A stretch of DNA of 64,000 nt, taken from NCBI GenBank assembly GCA_963814585.1, contig CAWFDF010000014.1:320001-384000 (forward strand), in the 5' to 3' direction. Below, piece by piece: positions 47,989-58,226 of the stretch (the first letter of the stretch is position 1; each line of letters starts with the position of its first letter). Made by a program: the position numbers and the translations under genes. The notes below the pieces were generated by a model. That model did no database searches. It had not been told where the DNA came from and saw nothing but the letters and a program-made list of their open reading frames with translations. Source of the stretch: an uncultured delta proteobacterium (GTDB taxonomy: Bacteria; Myxococcota; Myxococcia; Myxococcales; Anaeromyxobacteraceae).

Positions 47989-48948
47989 ATGGCGTCGCCC
48001 ATGGAGCCCACCTCCTCCCACCAGCCGGCCCCGCCGGATCCGCCAGCGCCTCCCTCGATGGTCCCCGGAGAGCCACCGCGGCCACCGACGGCCTGGGGCC
48101 TCCTCGGCCACTACCTGGCGGCGTTCCTCCCGCTCGCCCTCCTCACCTCTGGCCTGCTCTTCCCGGTGCGGCGAGGCGGGGGCTCCGTGCTGGTCGGCCT
48201 GGTGGTCGCCCAGGTCTTCTACCTGCTCCCGGCGCTGGCATGGGCCCTGGGCAGCGGCTTCAGGCCGCTGAGGCTGCTGCGCCTGGCTCGCCCCTCCGGC
48301 GCCGCCCTGCTCCTGGGTGCGGGCACTGGCCTGGCCGTGATCCTGGCTGGCGCCGGAGTCATGTCGCTCTGGCGGAGCGTCCTGCCGCCGTCGCTGCTGG
48401 CCCGCTTCGACGTGGCCGGCGACCTGGCGGCCCGCGGGTGGAGCCCGTGGCAGCTCCTCCTGGTCGCGGTGTTCCTCCCGGCGCTCTGCGAGGAGGTGGC
48501 GTTTCGCGGCGGCCTGCAGACGGCGCTGCTCCGGCTCCGCTCGCCGCGGGTGGCCACCTGGGGCTCGGCGCTGGTCTTCGCGGCGGCCCACCTCGACCCG
48601 GTCCGCTTCCCGGGGGTGCTGCTGGTCGGGCTGGCCTTCGGGTGGCTCGCCTGGCGCACCGGGTCGATCTGGCCCGCGGCGCTGGCCCACGCCGTCAACA
48701 ACGGCACCGCCATGCTCGGGCTGCTCTGGCTCGGGAGGAGCGGTCCCGCCGAGCCGCCGGAGCGGCTGGCGCCGGCCGAATCCGGGGTGCTGCTGGCCGC
48801 CGGCCTGCTGGTCTTCCTGGCGCTCCAGGCCGCGGCGAGGCGCTGGCTGCCGCCGGCGCCGGGGGCGGCGACGTTCCTCGTGCCGAGGTCCGGCGCGCGC
48901 CGTGGGGCCGGGCCTCCCGCCGCCAGGGCCCCGACCCAGGCAGGATGA
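47989..48948 (+). CDS. CPBP (Abi/CAAX) family intramembrane metalloprotease
   Basis: EEVAFRG, FAAAH, AHAVNN motifs; multiple TM segments. Confidence 0.9.
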   Translation: MASPMEPTSSHQPAPPDPPAPPSMVPGEPPRPPTAWGLLGHYLAAFLPLALLTSGLLFPVRRGGGSVLVGLVVAQVFYLLPALAWALGSGFRPLRLLRLARPSGAALLLGAGTGLAVILAGAGVMSLWRSVLPPSLLARFDVAGDLAARGWSPWQLLLVAVFLPALCEEVAFRGGLQTALLRLRSPRVATWGSALVFAAAHLDPVRFPGVLLVGLAFGWLAWRTGSIWPAALAHAVNNGTAMLGLLWLGRSGPAEPPERLAPAESGVLLAAGLLVFLALQAAARRWLPPAPGAATFLVPRSGARRGAGPPAARAPTQAG

Positions 48949-49100
48949 CGTGATGAGGGCTCCGAGGCCGCAGCGAGGCCGGCGCCCGAGGAGGGATCCG
49001 CGGAAGGGTCTTGACGGTTCGCCGAGCGGCGCAGCGACGAGCCCTCCTGCCGCAGCGGGAGGATCGGCTGTCGCAGGAGGCCGCTTGCCTGGGTCGGGTC
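48928..49100 (+). mobile_element. ~173-bp hairpin element (MITE/REPIN-like), copy 2
   Basis: Perfect 13-bp inverted core CCCGACCCAGGCA (48930-48942) / TGCCTGGGTCGGG (49086-49098); internal stem GAGGGCTC/GAGCCCTC. Confidence 0.7.
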
Positions 49101-50300
49101 CTAGGACAGCCGGCGCAGCACCATCGCCTTGAGGTAGCGCCCCTCGCGGAACTGGAGCGAGATCGGGTGATCGAAGGGCTGGCGCGTCTCGGCGACCAGC
49201 GCCAGCTCGGCCCGGGTCTTGAAGGCCGCCTCCTTGACCGCCTCGGCGAACTGCTCCGCCGAGACGCGGGCGCTGCAGGAGCAGGTCACCAGCAGGCCGC
49301 CGGGCGCCAGCACCTGCAGCGCGGCGCGGTTGAGCGAGGCGTAGCCGGCCAGCGCCCCCTCCACCGCCTTCTGCGACTTGGCGAAGGCGGGTGGATCGCA
49401 GACCACCAGGTCGAAGCGCCGGCCCTGCCGCTTGTAGTTGGCGAGCAGGTCGAAGGCGTCGCCCTGGGCGAAGGCGTGGTCGGCCGGGTCGAGCCCGTTG
49501 GCCCTGAAGGTCTGCCGGGCCAGCGCCAGCGCGTCGGCGTCGAGGTCGTTGGAGACCACGTGCGTCGAGCCGCCCAGGGCCGCGGCCACCGAGAAGCCGC
49601 CGGTGTAGCTGAAGAGGTTGAGCGCCTCGGGCCGGCCGCGGGCCAGGTCTCGGACCAGGCGCCGGTTCTCACGCTGGTCGAGGAAGAGGCCGGTCTTCTG
49701 GCCGCGCCGGACGTCGACCAGGATCTTCATACCGTGCTCGTCGATGGTGATCTGCTCGGGCGGCTCCGCGCCCCACAGCACCCGCCCCTCGGCGGAGCCT
49801 CCCTCGTCGTCGTCGTCGCGCGGGATCTCGTCGCGGCCGTAGACGCCGGCCAGGTCACCGCACTCGGCGCGCAGCGCCTCGACGATGGCGCCGCGCCAGG
49901 GGGTGAGGCCGGCGGAGTAGAGCTTGATGACGGCGAAGCGGTCGTAGCGGTCGGCCACCACGCCGGGGAGGCCGTCCGACTCGCCGTGGAGCAGGCGGTA
50001 GGCGTCGGTGCCGCGCACCAGCTCCCTGCGGAGCGCCAGGGCGCGGGCCACGCGGCGGCGCCAGAAGGCGTCGTCGACGGCCTCGCCCTCCTCGCGGGTC
50101 AGGATGCGGACGGTGATGGCCGAGAGGGGGTCGTAGTAGCCGCGGGCGACGAAGCGGCTCCCCTCCACCACGTCGACGATGGTCCCGGCGGGGATCCCCT
50201 TGGGCGCCCTGGCCAGCGCCTTGCGGAAGACCCACGGGTGGCCGGCGCGCAGGTGGCGCGCCAGGTCCTTCTGCAGCTCCAGCTTCGGCTCACCCGCCAT
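49101..50300 (-). CDS. rlmI: 23S rRNA m5C1962 methyltransferase (RlmI family)
   Basis: PUA domain GHPWVF, GESDGLPG, GQKTGLFLDQR, FSYTGGF, DPPAFAK, CSCS, YLK. Confidence 0.9.
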   Translation of the reverse strand: MAGEPKLELQKDLARHLRAGHPWVFRKALARAPKGIPAGTIVDVVEGSRFVARGYYDPLSAITVRILTREEGEAVDDAFWRRRVARALALRRELVRGTDAYRLLHGESDGLPGVVADRYDRFAVIKLYSAGLTPWRGAIVEALRAECGDLAGVYGRDEIPRDDDDEGGSAEGRVLWGAEPPEQITIDEHGMKILVDVRRGQKTGLFLDQRENRRLVRDLARGRPEALNLFSYTGGFSVAAALGGSTHVVSNDLDADALALARQTFRANGLDPADHAFAQGDAFDLLANYKRQGRRFDLVVCDPPAFAKSQKAVEGALAGYASLNRAALQVLAPGGLLVTCSCSARVSAEQFAEAVKEAAFKTRAELALVAETRQPFDHPISLQFREGRYLKAMVLRRLS

Positions 50301-51617
50301 TCAGCGACTCCGCTTCCCTCGGGGCCTGGTCCGCTCGGGCTTGGCCCTCGAGAAGTTGCCCACCACCAGCCCCGGCCGCGCCGCCCGGAGCGCCCTGATC
50401 AGGCGCCGCACCCCGAGCGCAGGCCCCCCCGCGCCGCGCCCGCGGGCGATGGCGAGGTAGACGTCCGGATCGATGGCGAGCGGACGGGTCTGGACCTGGT
50501 CCACCCGGGTGCGCTGCACCAGCCGGGCGAGGGCCCGGACCTCACCTTCACGATCAGTGACTCCAGGGAAGGTGAGCAGGTTGAGGGCGACGTAGGCCCC
50601 CTTCCTCTTCGCGGTCTGGATGGCTCGGATCACGTCGTCGAGCCCGTAGCGCTTGGGCCGGTAGTAGGCGGCGTAGAGGTCGGGCGCGGCGCTGTTGAGC
50701 GAGATGCGGACCGAGTCGAGGCCGGCGTCGCAGAGGGCGCCGAGCGCGCCGGGGATCGAGCCGTTGGTGTTGAGGTGGAGCGAGCCTCGCGTGGTGGCGG
50801 CGCGGATGAGCCGGATGGCCCGCGCGATCTCCTTCCAGCGGAGCAGCGGCTCCCCCTCGCAGCCCTGCCCGAAGCTGACCATGACCTTGCCGCGCGCCGT
50901 GCCGAGGTGGTGGATGGCCACCTCGGCCATCTGCTCGGCCGTGGGCGGGCGGGCGATCCGCTCGTGCGACGAGGGCGGCATGCCGTCGTCCTGCTCCGAG
51001 AGACAACCGATGCAGGCGGCGTTGCAGCGGGCGGACGACGGGATGGCGCCTTCGTCGCGGCCGTAGAAGGTGTTCTGGGCCGTGAAGCAGCGCCACTCGA
51101 GGGCACAGCGGGAGAGCTGGCGGTAGATGGGATTGGGCGTGGCGGCCAGGCGGTCCGCGACCCTGGCCTCCAGGTCGGGCGTGGAGTGCCTGGCCGGGCT
51201 CCAGTGGGCGCGGCGGTCGGTGCGCAGCGCCCAGACCGCGAAGCCGTCGGGGGTCGCGGCGGCGGCGGTGTAGGCCCACTGCGGGAGGATGGGGGCGTCG
51301 GTGGCGATGGCGAGCGGCCTCCTGGCGACGGCCGGGAGGAAGGTCCGGGTGAAGCCCGGGGGAAGCGTGGCGCCGACGGCGTGCGGGACGAAGCGGCGGC
51401 GGCCGATGGTGACCTCGTGGAGTACGGTCAGCCTTCCGGTGGTCGGGTCGACGCCGACCGGGCGGCGGCCAGGGAGCATGGCCAGGGTGGCGCCCTCGGG
51501 GAGGGGGCGAGGGCGCTCGAGGGGGCGGAGCAGCTCGTCGCCCGATCGGACGGCCGCCAGCAGGTCGGGGTGGTCGAAGACCACGCCCTGGTCGTCGGCG
51601 AAGAGGAGGCTCGGCAT
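50301..51617 (-). CDS. Radical SAM protein of unknown function
   Basis: CNAACIGC, SFGQGCEGEP, NTNGS, DSVRISLNS, FPGVTD. Confidence 0.9.
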   Translation of the reverse strand: MPSLLFADDQGVVFDHPDLLAAVRSGDELLRPLERPRPLPEGATLAMLPGRRPVGVDPTTGRLTVLHEVTIGRRRFVPHAVGATLPPGFTRTFLPAVARRPLAIATDAPILPQWAYTAAAATPDGFAVWALRTDRRAHWSPARHSTPDLEARVADRLAATPNPIYRQLSRCALEWRCFTAQNTFYGRDEGAIPSSARCNAACIGCLSEQDDGMPPSSHERIARPPTAEQMAEVAIHHLGTARGKVMVSFGQGCEGEPLLRWKEIARAIRLIRAATTRGSLHLNTNGSIPGALGALCDAGLDSVRISLNSAAPDLYAAYYRPKRYGLDDVIRAIQTAKRKGAYVALNLLTFPGVTDREGEVRALARLVQRTRVDQVQTRPLAIDPDVYLAIARGRGAGGPALGVRRLIRALRAARPGLVVGNFSRAKPERTRPRGKRSR

Positions 51618-51733
51618 CGGCGGGGCGAGACATAGCACGGGCCACTTGCGGGCCGGCGGGACGGTCGTTGCCGGGCGGCCCCCGGGGCCGGGTGGTGGCA
51701 GGCACGGCGGGCGGCGTCCGAGTCGCCCACCGC

Positions 51734-51775
51734 GAACTACTCTGGGTCGGGGGTTCGTGAACTACTCTGGGACAG
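51734..51775. repeat. Tandem pair of the GAACTACTCTGGG motif (RAYT-associated REP-like motif)
   Basis: Copies at 51734-51746 and 51759-51771; 51735-51752 is the exact reverse complement of 55403-55420. Confidence 0.8.
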
Positions 51776-51899
51776 TGAGGCGCTGATGCGCCGCCCACTC
51801 GAACCTGCTAGAAGAACTGGGTATTCCACCGGCGCCCGCCCGGACCGCCGTTCCGAAGGAGATCCGGAGGGCCTCGGCGACGACCATCGTGACCCGCGG

Positions 51900-51925
51900 G
51901 GAATCAGCGACGGCAACGACGGGTT
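51900..51925 (+). promoter_or_regulatory. SigR/SigH-type ECF promoter (probable autoregulation)
   Basis: GGAAT-N18-GTT directly upstream of a SigR/SigH-like sigma gene. Confidence 0.6.
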
Positions 51926-51936
51926 GATGGAGACGA

Positions 51937-52584
51937 ATGGGGCTCTTCGACGACCGCCAGAATGACCTCACCCGCGACGAGTTCGAGGCGCTGGCGCTCC
52001 GCCACCTCGACTCGCTGTACGGCGCCGCCGTCCGGCTCACCCGCAACGAGCGGGACGCCGAAGACCTGGTCCAGGACTCGCTGCTTCGCGCCTACCGCTT
52101 CTTCGATCGGTTCGAGCGAGGCACCAACATCAAGGCGTGGCTGTTCAAGATCCTCACCAACACCTTCATCAACCGCTACCGTCGAAGCGCCAAGGAGCGG
52201 ACCCTGGTCGACGGGCCCGAGCAGGAGGCCGTGCAGGGTCAGCTGGTCTCACGCGACGCCGCCGACGCCGCCGCCGATCCAGAACGCTGGTACTTCGACC
52301 GCGTCCTCTCCCAGGACGTCCTCAAGGCGGTCGACGCCCTCCCCCTCGACTTCCGCATGGTCGTGATCCTCGCCGACCTGCAGGAGTTCTCCTATCGTGA
52401 GATCGCCGACGTGCTCGACGTGCCGGTGGGCACGGTGATGAGCCGGCTCTTCCGCGGCCGCCGGTTGCTGCAGAAGGCCCTGGCCGGGTACGCCGTCGAG
52501 TCGGGCTTCCTCTCCGAGACCTCCGGCGTCGAGGATCTCGCCGAACACCGCCGCCGCCGCGGCCGCACCGGGTCCGAGCCATGA
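51937..52584 (+). CDS. ECF RNA polymerase sigma factor (SigH/SigR-like; probable counterpart of myxobacterial RpoE1)
   Basis: [43 protein letters not shown]; upstream of an anti-sigma gene and frzS. Confidence 0.93.
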   Translation: MGLFDDRQNDLTRDEFEALALRHLDSLYGAAVRLTRNERDAEDLVQDSLLRAYRFFDRFERGTNIKAWLFKILTNTFINRYRRSAKERTLVDGPEQEAVQGQLVSRDAADAAADPERWYFDRVLSQDVLKAVDALPLDFRMVVILADLQEFSYREIADVLDVPVGTVMSRLFRGRRLLQKALAGYAVESGFLSETSGVEDLAEHRRRRGRTGSEP

Positions 52585-53402
52585 CCTTCGACACGAGCAC
52601 GCTTCGCTCGATGGACTGCTCGGAGTTCGAGCGCTCCGTCGACGCCTTCCTCGACGAGGAGTTCGGGCCGCGAGAGCGCGCCGAGGCCGAGAGCCACCTC
52701 TCCGGTTGTACGCGCTGCGAGGCCCTGGCCGCGACGCAGGGCCGGGTGCACGACGCCCTGCGGACCGCCCTGCGGGAGGCCATGGGTCCGGAGTCGAAGG
52801 CGGGCCGCGCTCCCGAGGCGCTGCGCCGCCGGATCTCGACCGCCCTGGAACGCCAGCGCCGTCCGCTCTGGCGCCGGCTCGTCGCTCCCATCCCGCTGGC
52901 CGCCGCCGCCGCGACCGCCGCGGCCGTGCTGGTGGTCGCGGCCAGCCAGGGCTCCAGTGGGCAGCTGGTGGAGGAAGCGGTGCGCAAGCACCACCGCGAC
53001 CTCCCCCTCGAGGTGACCACCGCCTCGGTGGCACCCGAGGCCATCCCCGGGTGGTTCGCCGGCAAGCTCGACTTCAAGCCGAAGGCGCCCAACTTCGGCA
53101 GCCAGCAGGCCACGGTGGTCGGCGCCCGCATCTCCAACCTGCGCGAGCTCCCGGCGGCCTACATCAGGTACCAGCTGCCCCGCGGTCGGCAGGCCGGGCT
53201 CTTCATCGTCGATGACCCCGAAGGCCGGTTCGACGCCGGTGGCCGCGACGTGGAGGTCGGTCCACGCCACGTTCGGGTCATCAGCTCCCGCGGCTACAAC
53301 ACCGTGGTCTGGAGGCAGGACCACACCGTCTACTCGCTGGTCTCCGACTCGGGCGAGGAGGACCTCATCCAGATGGTCCGCGCCTCGAAGCCCGAGCCGT
53401 AG
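52581..53402 (+). CDS. Zinc-binding (zf-HC2/ZAS) transmembrane anti-sigma factor
   Basis: MDC...HLSGCTRC, one TM segment, periplasmic domain; ATGA overlap with the sigma gene. Confidence 0.9.
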   Translation: MTFDTSTLRSMDCSEFERSVDAFLDEEFGPRERAEAESHLSGCTRCEALAATQGRVHDALRTALREAMGPESKAGRAPEALRRRISTALERQRRPLWRRLVAPIPLAAAAATAAAVLVVAASQGSSGQLVEEAVRKHHRDLPLEVTTASVAPEAIPGWFAGKLDFKPKAPNFGSQQATVVGARISNLRELPAAYIRYQLPRGRQAGLFIVDDPEGRFDAGGRDVEVGPRHVRVISSRGYNTVVWRQDHTVYSLVSDSGEEDLIQMVRASKPEP

Positions 53403-53488
53403 TCCCTCGCCGCCGGGCCGGGCGCACCTCCCGGATGGTGTGGTCTCCACCCGCTCGCTGCGACGCGGCCGATCGTTTACGGGTGTTT

Positions 53489-53517
53489 TTGACACCCCCG
53501 GCGGCTGCCCGTAGACT
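53489..53517 (+). promoter_or_regulatory. Sigma70 promoter of frzS
   Basis: TTGACA-17 nt-TAGACT. Confidence 0.75.
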
Positions 53518-53591
53518 TTCTCCAATCTTTCCAGAGCGCTGCGCGCCTGCTGCCGCGGCTACGGGTCACGTTGGCTTGGCCAGGGATGCAC

Positions 53592-55418
53592 ATGTCGAAG
53601 ACCATCCTCCTCATCGAGAACGACGCGCCCTTCGCCGAGGAGATCTCAGGCGGGCTGGAGGCGATGGGCTACCTGGTGCGTGTCGTCGGCGACGGCAAGG
53701 ACGGGCTCGACCTGGCGAAGGACCTGAACCCCGACGCCATCGTGCTCTGCGTCGAGCTCCCGAAGCTGTCCGGCTACTCGATCTGCAACAAGCTCAAGAG
53801 GGACGACGCCCTCAAGGCGATCCCGCTGGTCCTCACCAGCTCGGAGGCCACCGAGGAGGTCTTCGAGGACCACAAGAAGCTGAAGGTCCGGGCCGAGGCC
53901 TACCTGATCAAGCCCTACGTGTCGGCAGCGCTGGTGGAGAAGCTGGCGGCCCTGATCGGCATGCCCGAGGCCGGCGCGGCGGTGGCTCCCGTGGCCCGTG
54001 CCGTGGAGCTGGACCTCGAAGGCGGTGACGAGGAGGTGGTGAGCCTCGAGGAGGAGCTGGCCCTGGAATCGTTCGCCGGCGAGCCGGGACAGGAGCTGCC
54101 AGCGCTCGATCTCGACTCCCTCCCGGACGAGCCAGCCGCGGTCGCGACGGGCGGCGGTCTCGACGACGACCTGAAGCTCCTCGACGACGCCTTCGACGGC
54201 CTCTCGGCACCTCCCGAGGCCCCGCCCCCTCTCCCTTCGGCCCAGGCTCCGGCGCCTCCGGAGGTCGCCACGGGCGTGGATGCCAGGATCGCCGGTGAGG
54301 CGATCGAGAAGGCCCTGGGTGTCGACCGGCCGGTCACGTCCGAGGACCTCGAGGCCGCCTCGGCCTCGCTCCCAGAGGACCACGAGGCCGGCGCGAGCGG
54401 CGACCTGGGCAACCTGGCAGAAGAGGCCGACCTGGCGCTCGGTGCGCTGGAAGACGATCCGCAACGTGCGGCCACGTCGGCGTTCGACGCCCTCGACGCC
54501 CTCGACGAGCCGGTGGAGGCTCCTCCACGGTCCGCTCCGTTCGCTCCAGCCGCCTCGCTGGCCGCAGAAGCGCCTCCGGGCATGGTGACGCTCGCCCCCC
54601 CCGCCGCAGGAGGCCTGGACTCCAGCAGGATGACGGCGGCACCTGGCGTCGGCGTGCACGGGCTGGCGCGGCTGGAGAGCGAGCTGGCCGAGCAGCGCGC
54701 CGCCCTCCTCGCCCGCGACGCCGAGCTGCGCGCCCTGCGGACGAAGCTGGAGGCGTCGGCCCGGCGCGCCGACGAGGCCGCAGCGGCGCTGGACGGGAGA
54801 GAGGCGGAGGCGGCCTCGCTGAAGGCGCGTGTGGAGTCCCTGGCAGCGCAGGTGACCGCGATCGATGCCGAAGCCAAGGCGCTGCGAGAGGAGGCGCGGC
54901 GGGCCACCGAACAGGTCCGCGAGGCCACCTTGCGTGCCGAGAGGGCGGAAGCCAGGCTGACCAGTGCCGAGGGACTGGTCTCGGCGGTCGAGAGCCGCTG
55001 CCGCGCTGCCGAGCAGGAGGCCGCCTCGCAGCGGAAGGCCGCCGAGCAGTCGGCCGTGGCGCTGGCCTCCAGGGCGGCGGAGCTGGCTTCGGCCCAGGCG
55101 TCTGCCGCTCGGCTGGCGGAGGTGGAGCGAGAGGTCGAACGCCTCGAGACCGAGCTGGTCGTCGCTCGCGGCGAGGTGGAAGGAGCCCGCTCGGAGGTGG
55201 AGAGGCGGGCCGTCGACCTGAAGCGCCGCGTCGCTGAGCTCGAGGCGGCCAACTCGAGGAATGAAGAACGGGTCGTCAAGGCGTACTTGAAGATCAAGGG
55301 CGACGAGAAGGTGCGCGACAAGGCCCGGAAGGCATTGGCCATCGCGCTTCAACTGCTGGAGGAGGGGTTGCCGGCGGAGCCGACCGGAGAGAAGCGTCCC
55401 CGCCCCGACCCAGAGTAG
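53592..55418 (+). CDS. frzS: FrzS-like pseudo-receiver / coiled-coil social-motility protein
   Basis: Atypical receiver (GYSICNKLKRDD, HKKLKVRAEAY), acidic/Pro linker, long coiled coil, C-terminal EERVVKAYLKIK...KALAIALQLL, resembling M. xanthus FrzS; located after an ECF sigma/anti-sigma pair. Confidence 0.82.
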   Translation: MSKTILLIENDAPFAEEISGGLEAMGYLVRVVGDGKDGLDLAKDLNPDAIVLCVELPKLSGYSICNKLKRDDALKAIPLVLTSSEATEEVFEDHKKLKVRAEAYLIKPYVSAALVEKLAALIGMPEAGAAVAPVARAVELDLEGGDEEVVSLEEELALESFAGEPGQELPALDLDSLPDEPAAVATGGGLDDDLKLLDDAFDGLSAPPEAPPPLPSAQAPAPPEVATGVDARIAGEAIEKALGVDRPVTSEDLEAASASLPEDHEAGASGDLGNLAEEADLALGALEDDPQRAATSAFDALDALDEPVEAPPRSAPFAPAASLAAEAPPGMVTLAPPAAGGLDSSRMTAAPGVGVHGLARLESELAEQRAALLARDAELRALRTKLEASARRADEAAAALDGREAEAASLKARVESLAAQVTAIDAEAKALREEARRATEQVREATLRAERAEARLTSAEGLVSAVESRCRAAEQEAASQRKAAEQSAVALASRAAELASAQASAARLAEVEREVERLETELVVARGEVEGARSEVERRAVDLKRRVAELEAANSRNEERVVKAYLKIKGDEKVRDKARKALAIALQLLEEGLPAEPTGEKRPRPDPE

Positions 55419-55420
55419 TT
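55403..55420 (+). repeat. Left REP-like inverted repeat flanking the RAYT
   Basis: CCCCGACCCAGAGTAGTT; contains the frzS TAG stop. Confidence 0.7.
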
Positions 55421-55531
55421 TGGCGGACCAGGGGACGGGGGGCGGACCTGGGCAGGGGCCCGGGGTGGGCGCAAGTGGCTGGAATCCGGTGGTGAGGTGG
55501 GTGGCACGGGGCGTGCGATTCAGCCTGGGCC

Positions 55532-56434
55532 ATGACCGCGCCGCGCCAGATCCTTCCGGGAGGTTCCTACCTCGTCTCGCGCCGCTGCACGCAGCGACAG
55601 TTCCTGCTGCGGCCCTGTCAGGACACCACCCAGCTGTTCGGCTACCTCCTCGCGGTCGCCGCCGAGCGCTTCCACGTCGACGTCCACGCCGTCTGCGTGA
55701 TGTCCAATCACGTTCACCTTGTCGTCACCGATCCCGAGGCTCGGCTCCCCGCCTTCACCCGGTACCTCGACTCCCTGGTGGCCCGAGCCATGAACCCTCG
55801 GCTGGGCAGGTCGGAGAGCTTCTGGGCGCCGTCGAGATCCAGCGTGGTGGCGCTGCAGACCCCGGCGGACATCCTCGGCAAGGTCGCCTACGTGCTCGCC
55901 AATCCGGTCGCGGCCGGCCTGGTCCGGCGCGGGCGGCTCTGGCCAGGGCTGTGGTCCGCCCCGGCGCAGCTGGGCGCCGCGGCCATCGAGTTCAGGCGCC
56001 CCGGCTGGTTCTTCAGGAAGAAGGGGAAGACCGCGCTCCCCGGCGTGGCCAGGCTCCGACTCGTGACGCCCCCGGGGCTCGGCTCGGTGGAGGACTTCCG
56101 CCGGGAGGTGGTCTCCGCGCTCCAGGCCATCGAGAGGCAGGCGGCGGCGGACCTGGCCACGGCCCACCGCGAGTTCCTCGGCGTCCGGCGCGTGCAGGCC
56201 CAGTCGCCGTTCGGGACGCCGCCCCGCTCCGAACCCCGGCGGGGGCTCAACCCGCGCATCGCCTGCCGTGACCCCGAGAAGCGCATCCAGGCGCTGCAGC
56301 AGCTTGTGGCCTTCCTTCGGGACTACCGCCGCGCCTTCCAGCGCTGGCGGGAGCGCGCCGCTTCCGTGGTCTTCCCCCACGGCACCTACCTGATGCGCGT
56401 CCTCCACGGCGCCACCTGCGCCGCCCCCGGCTGA
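55532..56434 (+). mobile_element. HUH (Y1) transposase, REP-associated tyrosine transposase (RAYT)-like
   Basis: PRQILPG..YLVSRRC, CVMSNHVHLV (HUH), FW, YVLANPVAAGLV, WPGLWS. Confidence 0.88.
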
Positions 56435-56656
56435 GCCGGCACCCGCGCCACTCCTCCCCCTCGATGACCCCCGCGAGTGCGCTGCCTCGCCTCGGCGAAT
56501 CCTCGCCTCCCGCCCCCACTTCGAGCTTCAGCCGGCCCCCGGAACTCCCCGACGATGCCGATCTCCTGGCCTGGTCGCCTCCTCAGGGCGTCCGCGCCAC
56601 CGCCTGGCACGCCCCAGGTGAGCCCATCCGCTTCATGACCGCCACGGGGAGCCGAA

Positions 56657-58225
<1,569 letters not shown>

Positions 58226-58226
<1 letters not shown>

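Noticed and set aside
51781..51909. 6S RNA or SRP RNA
   Set aside because: Too short for 6S and not in its usual gene context; lacks the SRP CAGG...GGAA...AGCAG motif. Kept only as an unnamed structure.
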